Shown piece after piece: positions 50,686-64,000 of a stretch of DNA of 64,000 nt (positions are counted from its first letter, which is position 1; each line of letters begins with the position of its first letter). The stretch is taken from NCBI GenBank assembly GCA_012295275.1, contig CM022674.1, positions 4,650,001 through 4,714,000 of the forward strand. The letters run 5' to 3'. Origin of the DNA: Chrysomallon squamiferum (lineage: Eukaryota; Animalia; Mollusca). Position numbers and translations under genes: made by a program. The notes under the pieces were generated by a model, which had not been told where the DNA came from, searched no databases, and saw nothing but the letters and a program-made list of their open reading frames with translations.

Positions 50686-51805
50686 TGTGTGTGTGTGCGT
50701 GTGTTTTATGACTAAAGAAATTCGGTATAATTTGCATTAATTCAATACTTGAATTAATTTAAATATTAAAATACATAATAAAATTTTAAAAAAGTTTAAA
50801 TTTTAAAATAAATAAAAATTAAAACAAAACAATAACGAAATCACAACAAAATAATGAAAAATGAATGGATTAAAAAAATAAAAAATTAAGAAAGATGTTA
50901 TAAGCAAAATGAAACCACGAACAAATCAATTTTCCTTGGTATTTTCCTCTTCTTTTTTTTTTTTTATATTAGTGTTTTTATTTTTATTTTTTTTTTTTTT
51001 TTTTTTTTTTTTATTGTTCACCATTTCATTTGAACACAAACTGATGTTGATTCACAGATATTAAGAAAATTTACTCTTGTTTTTTCCCCCTGTAACTCGT
51101 AGGTCAATGTCGAAAACGGTCGATAATTGTCGACATTTTCCGCGTAGGCAGCGAAATGGAGCAATTATTTATCGCTTTTGCAAAAAACAACAACATTTTT
51201 ACAGTAATTTTATAAATTGACGAACATAACGGACAGTATTTTATCAAAGACTTTCTTTCAATTTTTATTTTTTTTTTTTTTTGTGTGCTGAAAATTAACT
51301 GTGTTTCAATATCACTTTGACGATTTTAAATGATTGTCGTTAATGCATCTGCAGAGCTCATCACTAACTTCATTAAAGGGAGATAATAACTGTTTTGCAT
51401 TTCAGAGTTCTCGTTCTTTTTTTCTTTTCTTTCTTTTACATCAGTTTTTTTTTCTTCTTCTTCTTCATTTAATTTAAAAAAATAAAATAATACATGATAT
51501 TATGTGATACAAAAACTACCCAATGTGATAAAGTAATGATGTTAACTAGAACTCGATTGATTAAAACGATATTTTCTGTTCTTTTCAACTAAAACATACA
51601 TATATGCATACATATATACAACACATACATACATACATAGATGCATACACACATACATACATATATATATATACATACATACATACATACATACATAGAT
51701 ACATACATAAATACATACATAGATACATACATACATACATATATACATGCATACATACATACACATACATACATACATACATACATACATACATACATAC
51801 ATACA

Positions 51806-51839
<34 letters not shown>

Positions 51840-52242
51840 CATACATACATACATACATACATACATCAGCAAGTATTTTGCAGTGTACAGATGCGGTGCT
51901 ACTGATACAGAAAACAAGGGACTGAACGTTATTTTCATTATTAGATTAATTACAATGAGAAAACATGAACTGATAGAAAGAAAAGAATAATAACAAGAAG
52001 AAGAAGCAGAGAGAAAAGAAAGAAAGAAAAAATAATTTACGACTCTCCTCCCCCTCTGAAAAATAACAAAAACAGAAATAAAAGAAGAAAAAGAAGAAGA
52101 AGAAGAAGAAGAAGAAAGAAAAAAGGAAAAACATAAAGAATTATACTATTAGTAGCAGTAGTAGTAGTAGTAGTTGTTGTTGTAGTAGTAATAGCAGCAG
52201 CAGCAGTAGTAGTAGTTGTTGTTGTAGCAGTAGTAGTTGTAA

Positions 52243-52280
<38 letters not shown>

Positions 52281-52971
52281 ATTATTGTACTAACAGTGGC
52301 AATAATACCAGTAATAAAACGAAGATGAAGGAGAGAAAGAAAGAACGAAAGATGAAAGGCAGAAAGAAAGAAAGAAGGACAGAAAGAAAGAAAGAAAGAA
52401 AGATGAAAAGGAAAGAAGAAGAAAGGTTAGTCCCACGTATAAAGTGGATTAAAACAATCAGGTTCTACCATACACCGCAGTGCATTCTCGCCTTGTTCTG
52501 TATTTTCGCTGTCTATTCAATTTACTATTAGACACTACATGATATATAGATTGCCCTTACCAGACGGAGTGTCTTCTGTCAAGAATCAGACAAAACTGAC
52601 AGCAGAGGGTTAAGTAATATATCATCCACGCCTATTATATTTATATATTTACATCATATATCAGAGACGATCGCAAACCTTGTTAACCTAAAGTCTGAAG
52701 GTCAGACTATATATATATGTGTGTGTGTGTGTGTGTATGTATGTGTGAGTGAGTGTGATGTTTAAAAAAATAAGAACGGAAAAGGATATGAGGAATGAGA
52801 GAATTGTGACAGATGCGGGGAGAGAAAGTGAAGCTTATATTAAGCAAATGTGTGTGTGTGTGTGTGTGTGTGTCTGTGTGTGTGTCTATGTGTGTGTATA
52901 TATATATATATATACACACACACACATATATACAGAGGGAAAGAGAAGAGAGACAGAGATATGTTCTAAAT

Positions 52972-53051
<80 letters not shown>

Positions 53052-54014
53052 GAGAGAGCGAGAGAAAGAGAGAGAAACCACCAACAACAACAACAACAAA
53101 AGAAACCCCAGTTACATTTATCTTCGGAAATCTACACCACTCTTCATAACACGAAGGTACATTTATTCTAAACTTTATTTTATAGCATGCACTCACATGA
53201 GTGGAGAAAACAGATACTTTACGTACTGAACGTAACCGTTACAGAAACGAAGAAAATGAAAAATCATCCGAATTGTATAAGCACAGGCGTCGACGCAATC
53301 GATCATCGCTAAAGGAAAACCGTAGATACCAGACTGTGCATCGAATAAACATTACAACCGAGACACCGAAAACCGTTTCTGAGCGAGCGACGCCAAGCGC
53401 CTATTTCATTTATTCTCGTAACCGCGACCGCGATTAAAACGATAACCTTTGCTCTCGAGCCAAATGGGGTGCGAGCAGAAGTCTTAACGAAAACAGAATG
53501 GTTCGCTCTGCAATTAATACGGCCGCACACAATGACTGATTGCTTTAACCCGCAACGGTAATATTTTATTATCTTTGATGGAAGCGATAGACGAGCAACG
53601 AACGATACAAGCGGTTCGAGTCGGGGAAAGGAAGGTAACTCTTAATGGTTGGTTTATGCAGATGGCGCGGTTTGCAAAGCAAAGCGAAATGGGTTGGTGG
53701 GTCGTAAAAATAACAATTAGCGAGAATTGGCCGCATTACTATCAAATATGAAAGTAGAATGAGTGGATTTCATTTACGATGAAAGTGTTGACCTTATGTC
53801 TCGTAAGTATGTAAATAAATAAATAAATCATACATACAGACATACAGACATAGACTCACGTGGATAAATGCATACAGACCTACAGACATATACGTATATA
53901 GATATATGCATACAGACATACAGACATATACGTACATACATATATGCATACAGATCCATACATATATAAATAAAAATAGGTAAAGAAACAAACAAACACA
54001 GAAATAAACAAAAA

Positions 54015-54057
<43 letters not shown>

Positions 54058-56030
54058 AGAAAGAATATACGAGAATGGTTTGTAGATAGAGAGATTTACC
54101 AATAATAAATATATACAATGTTGCCGAGAATTAAATGAACACAGAAAAAATGAAAGGAAAGATCAAGTGGAACGAGGAATGAGAGAATGATGAAGGACAT
54201 AATGATGTACAGAAGGTTATAAAGAAGATATATCAAATTTAATTGAATATTTGGAAAATAGCCTGTTCTGTAAGATCCAATTAAAAAAAACAAAAAAAAA
54301 AAAAAAAAAAAAAAGAAAAAAAAAGAAAGAAAAGAAATAAAAAAGAAAAGATAATTAGACAAATTATGTGCAAATACTTCGTTAAACTCAATCAAAATCA
54401 AAAATAATTAATTAATTAATCGTAAAATACTGTAAGTTTGTTAAAACTAATGACACAGCGGTATAATTAAATACAGGATATGTTTATTTAATTACAGTAA
54501 ACATTATTCTTTTAAATTTATTATTTTTGTTCATTTATTATTATCTTTTTTAAAATTTTGTTGCTATTTTTGATGGGGTTTTTGGAGGGCATTTGTGGGT
54601 GTTTTTTTGTGTGTAGGTGTATACTTATTTATTTTTTTAATTATTATTTTTTTTTTTTTTTTGTTCTCTTTTGCAATTAAATATGATCCACAAAAACAGC
54701 CTAACGAACTATGTGTGGTGTGTTCTTAATTAACTTAGTTAAATATGTCACAGTGATTTCAGTTCAACATAATTAGTGCTAATTAAAAACAAATGTGTGA
54801 AATCATTATTCAGAATAAGACAGCAAAAGTAACAAGCAAGAGAGTATTCATAATATAGCTTATATAGACATAGAGATATTTATTACACATACATAAATAA
54901 ATACATACATATATACATACATATATATATGACTACATGCATAATACATACGTCATATACACATACATATATACGTACATACATACATACTTACATATAT
55001 ACGAACATACATACATACATACATACATACATACATACATACATACATACATACATACATACATACATACATACATACATACATACATACACATGCATGT
55101 TCAGATGCACACATAAAATATTTTAACAAATTAAAACAAATATATTTAATACGAAAGAGACAATGTAAATTTAACAAATAACAACAGTGAATTACACACA
55201 GTGTCGATGACGTGAAGTTTATAACAAGATGACGATAACAGTAATGTCAAGAACAAGCATAACAACAATAATAATAGTAATGAAAAAAACCAATAATAAT
55301 AACAATAAAAATAATAATAATAACAATAACAACAATAATAACAATAACAGTAACAACAATAATAAAAATAAAAATAATAATAATAATAATAACAACAACA
55401 ACAATAATAATAACAGCAACAATAATAGTAATAACAATAATAATAAAAATAATAATAATAGCAAAAACAATAATAACAACAACAGTAACAACAGTAATAA
55501 ATCATTATGATGATGATGATGATGATGATGATAATTATAATAAACATGTATAATAATAATAAGAAGAAGAAGAAGAAGAAGAAGAATAAACAATATCATA
55601 ATAATAAAAATAAAATAACAACAACAAATACAACAGTAGTAATAATAATAATATTATTACTACTAAGAATACGAAGAAGATGAGAAAAGAAAGCATCAAA
55701 CATGGTTTATCAGAGCCACTGCTTAACAGTATTGATTCTGACATCAAGACGAGATGTTCACCGATTTATTTTAAATGATTAATTAAATGTTTGAACTGAA
55801 TCAGAGAAGCAGCTGAACTGCCTATTAAAGAGATCTGTATTGTTACTTGTCTAAGTTGTTTTATGTAGAATGCGGCTGACACTTTGCTTTCTTATTTATT
55901 ATTTAGAAAGGGCAATGGGGAAGGACTAGAAAAGTATCGGTTCTGAGAGAGAGAGAAACAAAATAGAAACAAATAAATATTAGATCTTAATGTGGTTGTT
56001 TATCTGTTTTCATTTATCTCTCTCTCTCTG

Positions 56031-56120
<90 letters not shown>

Positions 56121-56320
56121 TCTCTCTCTCACATACACATACACACATACATACACACACACACAATGACATTTATACATAGAAATAGATACGAAGATAT
56201 ACATTACATAGCACGTACATAATCTCTATTTCTCACTAAGATAATCGGATAGACTTAGGCGGATTACAGAGGTACAAAAGACGGAAGAAATATCAAATGG
56301 AGATAAAATTCTACACGGAT

Positions 56321-56419
<99 letters not shown>

Positions 56420-56582
56420 AAATGTATCAGTGTATTTCTCTGTTTGCCTGTTTGTGAGAGAGATATAGAGAGACACATAACAGAAAACAATAAAACTATT
56501 TTAGATATAGGTATTTACTAGTGATATTTGAGATTAAAGAGATATAGATATATCTAGAGAAAAAAGGAGATAGGCAAGAGAG

Positions 56583-56690
<108 letters not shown>

Positions 56691-57589
56691 ATCTTTGCAA
56701 ACAAATACTGATAACGAAATCAATTAATAGCTAAATACGTACCGTTACAACGAAATGGAATCAAACTTTCTCGGAAATGCACATTAGTGGAACAACAAAA
56801 AAAAATGAATCCATTGTTTCTCGAATAGTTTGCACTTACCCTGCGGCAGTAAAATATATTTCCTTGTGCTGCAAGAACGAAAGACTTGCAAAGTGAAACA
56901 AAAATGGAAAAAAAAAAAAAAAAAAAAAAATGAAAAGAAAAGACTGCCTGCAAATGAATGATGTTCGGCGACAAAGGAAACCTTGCAAAAACGACTCTCA
57001 TTATTGAAAGATGACGCGTGAACAACAATCGGTTTGTATTCGCTTCTCCGTTTACGTCGAAGCGTTGCTTTTTCAAGTTGGGATTCCTCGCCGAATCAAT
57101 TGACTACAAACATTTGCGTTAAACAACGTGAAACTTTTTGTGTCAGTCTGCTTCCTGTTACAAAACAGCGCCACGGTGCGGCCGTAAAGAGACACTACAA
57201 GCGAAGAAGAAGAAGAAGAAGAAGAAGAAAAAAGAAGAAGAAGAAGAAGAAAAAAATAACACGAATCGATGTAGTTAGCTGATCTTAACAGAAACGAGTT
57301 TCTTGGAAAAATCTGTCTTTTTTTTCTCATTTTTCTTTTTTCTTTTTTTTCTTTTAAGATTGGAATCGTCTTTAAATCTCCCGTCTGTGTTTATCAGGAT
57401 ATCTCATGCCAATGAATAAGTAATATACTTACACAATTAAATGCAAAGACGATAGATTTCTGACCTTCATTCATGTGAACACAAACTGAAAGGAAATGTT
57501 ACTTCAGACCATGGACGAGGCTCGTTTATTAGACCGCTGATTGACAGACCTTTGATTAAAGGATCAGACTTCATCACCGCTTTCACATT

Positions 57590-57644
<55 letters not shown>

Positions 57645-57732
57645 TTTTTTATCTTTTTTTGCTTGTTGTTTGGTTTTTGGTTTCGTTTTTTGATGTTTTT
57701 GTTGTGTTGTTATATTTTGTTTATTTTTGTGA

Positions 57733-57815
<83 letters not shown>

Positions 57816-58319
57816 CATATTTAAAATTGTTTTGATTTATTTATTTATCTATTTTTTTCTTTTATTTATTTATAAATTTAGTCATCTGCTAAGCCTTTCA
57901 GTAGATTTATGGGAACACTGGTGTATGTGTTTTCCTAAAAAAAAAAAAAGAGTATTTATTTATCTATTTCTGTATTTGTTTTTTATTTTTTTTATTCAGT
58001 TTTACTTTATATATTTTGCTAAGATTAAAGTAACGTGGAAGACAGAGAAACAAAATTAATTTCTGAAAAATCAATAAATGTGGCAGCCATTAGCTAAGCT
58101 ATAAAATATGGCTTAAATGGAACTTTTTGTGCGTGTGTAATGTAACCTGTAAATGTTTTCAGGATTGATGTGGTAGGCATACATACAAACGGACAAGCCT
58201 CTGAGTATCGATAACTGATGGTCAAAGATAACTCTGCTACAGATGTTTAAATGAACGGAATGACTGATACTTAGTGTAGGCGACTGATACACTGAAAACA
58301 ATACACCCACACATAAACG

Positions 58320-58824
<505 letters not shown>

Positions 58825-59379
58825 ACACACACACACGATGGAGAATCAGATCATAGGAAAAAGGAAAGAAAGATCGAGAAGTAAAAACAAATATAGAAAA
58901 AAGGAATAAACAAATTTTGTTTTAAAAACAACAAAGAAAGAAGAGAGTAAGGTGAAAGAAAAAAAACAGGGAGAAATAAAGAAAAAAACAAACAAAATAT
59001 GTTAACCTTAAGAAAGAAAGAAAGACCTAATGAAAGAAGAAAATAAAGATAGAAAGAAAAATAAGAACGAAACAAAGCAGAAAAAAAAAATGTATATAAT
59101 GAAACAAAATTAAATTAAATTAAAAACCAGCTTAAAGAAACGAACTCAGAACGCTAAAAATCAAATACAGTTTTTTTTTTCTTTCTCGTGATCACGTGAT
59201 AACAGAGCGGACCTAAATGTAAACACGATAAATCTCAGTCGGATTCCTTTCTTATCATTTTCTCACATGGGATTATTTTGTGTCGTATCATTCAGAGAGA
59301 ATTTCTTTCATGGCACCTGTGAGAATTAATTCTCCGACACCTAGAGAGTTAACGTTGGTTATTAATGAAATCATTAACC

Positions 59380-59418
<39 letters not shown>

Positions 59419-59605
59419 TTGATTACTTGTAAATTCTTTATGTCTGGGAAGTTTCGTTATAATGTGACGTATTCGTGTTTTAGTGAAACATTCTTTTAAC
59501 ATGTTTTTTTTTTTTTTTTACTTACTGGGGATTTAAATGTTAACAGTAGTTTGTGAGTGAATAAATAAATAAATAAATACAGAAATAAATAAATAAATAA
59601 ATACA

Positions 59606-59652
<47 letters not shown>

Positions 59653-59838
59653 AATAAAATAAAATAAAATAAAATAAAATAAAATAAATAAATAAAATAA
59701 ATAAATAAATAAATATGTTTTTGGTGTATTTTGAGTAACAATTTTGTGATATGTTTTTTGACTTTGTTTCCTTCAAGTTTCAAGTTACAATTCTTTCTCA
59801 CTGATTTTTGTTTTTTATTTCATTTTATTTCAACATAT

Positions 59839-59885
<47 letters not shown>

Positions 59886-60488
59886 TTTTTGCACTTGTTT
59901 ATTTCAGGCACCTAATTTATTTTATTGTTTATTGCCATAAAGAACAGAGACACTTATTTTTAAAAAAATGTTAATATCTCGCGCAATAAATAAGACAAAA
60001 AAAAACAACAACAACAACATAATGACACTTTATTTATAGAAAGAAAGATCTAAAAAAAAAAGAAGAAAAAGAAGAAAAAAAAGGGCTATTACTGCCAGTA
60101 ATTTAACTAGTCATTGTTATTATATATGACATTAAGATCAGTACAGACAGTTGACTTATTTATTTTGTCTTTATTACTTTTTTTTTTTTTTTTTTTTCAA
60201 GTTTCTTGTTCCCTAATCATTTCATCATTAATTTGATTAAAATTATTTATTGTTCCTGTGCGAAATCGTTAAATTTCTTAATTATTTCCTTTATAAAATC
60301 ATTTCCTTTAGAAACATATATTTAAATATAATAAGGAGAAAATATTCCTTATGTATTTCGAGACGATATTGAAGAATTTTTTTTTTTTTTTTTGAAAGTC
60401 ATTTGTTAACCTGACTGTTAGGTAAAAATGTTCTTTTCTTTTTATGTTTTAATTTTTGTTTTCGTTATTATTATTATTATTATTGTTA

Positions 60489-60570
<82 letters not shown>

Positions 60571-60727
60571 CTTTCTCTTTTTGCACTTGGAATTTGTAAA
60601 GTTGTTTTCATTTTGTAATTATGCTGTAGTTGTTTCTACAAAGAAATTAAGTTGTTGATTTAACGTTCAAATTTTGATTGCTTATCTGTCTGTACTTTAC
60701 GTTAGACAGAGAGACAGACAGACAGAC

Positions 60728-60811
<84 letters not shown>

Positions 60812-61737
60812 TTTGCAGTGCAAAGACTGATAACATATCTATATATTTGTACTGTAAACAATACACGCATACTAACTATGCATTACTGCTTTTATTTTTC
60901 ACCTTTTATTTTTTACGCCTAATAGCGCCAATCTATAGCTTTTGTTTCTCTCATTTGTATGCTGTGCACGTGTTTTTTAATTTATCTCTTCCGACAGATG
61001 GCGCACTTTCACACCATCTCCCTGAAACATCTATATGCCATCATCAGCAGATATCGACAAAACGACAATCTTTGTTTTCTTTTTACTTCTACGACAACAC
61101 CGTTTATCGTGAAAATCAGATACTTCGCACTAAATACAGCTATCCGTCGACCGCATCACGTATCGATTGCAACACGGCGCCTGACACCTATCGTGTAAAA
61201 AGCTTCGGAGACCAACGTTAGCGAGATCGATCCGTTACGATTCCAGAAATGACGGCTGTATGTGGTGTATTAAATGCGACAGATCGCGAGTTCGAACCTT
61301 TTCGATTCACTGTTTGAATATTTGTTTTGATTATTTCCATGCTAAAATTTAATGTTACTTGTCATAGCCAAAGATTTGTGTGCGTAAAAGGGTCATGGGA
61401 TCGATTCACTGCGATGGTTTCGTGGAGTTGTTTCCCTTTTGTCCCTCCGTTGATTTAAAAGTTGAAACAGACGTGTTCAAGAGCGTTAAGATGAGTGTCT
61501 GTCAGCCAGGTTGTTGAATTAAATATTATTCTTTTCTTGAAAAGAGATATCATAAAAAAAATCTAGAAAATAATACAGCTGTACAGCTTTAGGAACTGAA
61601 ATTTCGTGAGAAAAAGATTTCCCTTTCCATCTAACGAAAAGAATTTGAGGTTTTATTTAAAGTAGCATTCGACATATTTGTTAATTTGCTGTATGTCTGT
61701 TATTGTGTTTGTGTGTGTGTGTGTGTGCGTGTGTGTC

Positions 61738-61878
<141 letters not shown>

Positions 61879-62094
61879 AAGAGATAGTAAGAAAGTTGGT
61901 CAGAAAAGCAACAAGACAGGTAGGCAAGACTGGAAACCAGCAACAGATTACTTTTTTGCTATTAGCAGAAAGATATGTTGTTATGTACCCTCTTGTAAAC
62001 AGAAATGATCGCATCGTTTCCTTTACTCACCAGCTATAGAACATTGGTCATGACGGAACAACAGACTACAAATAATATATTTAAAACACCAATC

Positions 62095-62144
<50 letters not shown>

Positions 62145-62699
62145 TATTTATTTTATTATTATTTATTTATTTATTTATTTATTTTTTTTTTTTTTTATTG
62201 ATATATTACTTTTGTTCAACACTTTGTTGTAATTACGCAAATATCGCTGGAAAATTAAGCCATCAAGGCTACCGGAATGAACGATTTCCTTTCCCCGTGT
62301 TAACAACAACAACAACAACGTATTACAGTCAACACTGTTTACACATACACGCCGCGTGGCCTCGGGCGCTGAAGGATGTCGGATCGATCCATTTCGGGTC
62401 CCTCTCGCTGAAGTGTTATAGCTTCAGGCCAAGAGTAACGTGTTCAAATCAATGCATGTATGCCTGCGGGCCTTGTTGCTTGGTTTATCAAATAGATGTG
62501 TTCATTGGTTATCGGTCAACGATTAGACAGTTGACAGCTGCTAAAGCAAATAACATGCAGCAGTTGTAAACATTTCTGTGTTTTCTGTGTGGAAGCCGGA
62601 GAGGAATTTTTTTTTTTAAAACAAACTCTTTGCAGCTGCTGTGAAGTTTTCATGATGGGACATATGTGATGTGTTTTATACATTTGTGATGCATTTGTG

Positions 62700-62808
62700 T
62701 GTGTATTTATGTATGAATGTATGCCTATACTTATGTATGTATGCATGTATGTATGTATGTATGTACGTACGTATGTATGTATGTATGTACGTATGTGTGT
62801 CTATGTGC

Positions 62809-62839
<31 letters not shown>

Positions 62840-62982
62840 TGTATGTATGTACGTACGTATGTATGTATGTTTGTATGCATATATCTACGTATTCATGTAT
62901 GTATGTATGTATGTATGTACGTATGTATGTACGTACGTATGTATGTATGTATGTACGTATGTACGTATGTGTGTCTATGTGC

Positions 62983-63013
<31 letters not shown>

Positions 63014-63025
63014 TGTATGTGTGTA
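62700..63025. repeat. (TATG)n tetranucleotide array with an internal higher-order duplication (similar arrays at ~39160, 44050, 51595-51865, 54950-55090)
   Basis: Directly visible. The interruption GTGTGTCTATGTGCATA recurs about 175 bp apart. Confidence 0.9.
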
Positions 63026-63390
63026 CGTATCGTGTATTATGCATGTTTCGTTGTCAAGAGAATAAATAAATATTTATGAACGTCATTGTCGGCCAGATGA
63101 ATAATAATTTCTCTTTCTTTTTATTTTTTATTTTAACAAGAGAGCCAGGACAATACAAAGATAATCTGTCTTTTCTACAGTTATATTGGATTTCTTGCTC
63201 ATATCGAATACGATGAATTAATAATAGACCCAGAAATAAGCCGTGTATTTGACCGTACAGTTACGAAGTTAATAAATTGACGTAATATATGACCAGTTGT
63301 CAAGTAAGTTATTTGTGCTATGGATTATTTAAAGTTTTATTATTATTATTATTATTTTTATTATTATTATTATTATTAAATTATTATTAC

Positions 63391-63434
<44 letters not shown>

Positions 63435-64000
63435 TTATTATTATTATTATTGTTATTCTACTACAGCCAAAAAAAAAAAAAAAAAATTAAAGAATAGATA
63501 AATTAAAGGATAGATAAATATATAATTACCGTATGTAACATTTTATGGGTTTGGATCACTTTGGAAAATTTACGGCGAAGTGAAGATATATATATTTTAG
63601 TACATACAAAATGTCCTATCATCTTTATTTACGTTTAATTTAAAATTCAGATTTAATAAGGTGATATGAAATTACACGAACAGAAAAAACGAAAAAAAAA
63701 AAAATCACTTTTGAAAATGACGACGTAGATGATGATGATGACGATGAAACAGATGATGATGATTATGATAATGATGGCAATGATGTTGAATATAATTATT
63801 GTATACGTCGCTAAAACGTCATCAGTATTATTTTACCGTTGTAGTAGTGTCTTTGCTATTTTTTCGATTTTTTATCCAGCATTGTGGTTCAAGCACATAT
63901 TTCGTGCACCTATCCATCTGATGACTGTGTTTTGCTATATTCATGAGAAAGTAAAACTAAACCCTACTGTATTTTTACCACCAACAGATTCGAAAATATC

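Noticed and set aside
60985-61055. Minus-strand CTGATGA...GAAA...GTC resembling a hammerhead ribozyme
   Set aside because: Stem II and stem III cannot pair.
61260-61420. tRNA gene suggested by the B-box-like GAGTTCGAACC
   Set aside because: No cloverleaf or acceptor stem can be formed. At most it is a decayed SINE head.

Overview
This is AT-rich, intron-containing animal DNA dense in microsatellites. A mollusc or other lophotrochozoan is my inference, not something the sequence proves. The first ~33 kb is a patchwork of recent and older tandem segmental duplications. It carries a small family of spliced minus-strand CARD-only genes: CARD-1 at 2683-4416, a copy lacking its CARD exons at 24103-25100, and CARD-3 at ~26997-28857. 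It also carries scattered plus-strand calsyntenin pseudo-exons, several copies of one promoter/5'UTR block, and a 5'-truncated, frameshifted RNase H-containing LINE (I/Nimb type) that replaced ~0.9 kb of its target. Further on are an intact two-coding-exon 299-aa gene of unknown function (32950-36537), two MITEs, and a class A GPCR (45721-47050, minus) broken by one frameshift, with a cluster of CRE palindromes upstream. The last ~17 kb is non-coding. The most striking observation is that the two CARD paralogues share only ~40% amino acid and ~63% nucleotide identity in their CARD exons, while neighbouring introns still align at roughly 75-88% (hand counts). This suggests a rapidly diversifying CARD-only decoy/adaptor family. 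All alignments and translations were done by eye, with no database search.
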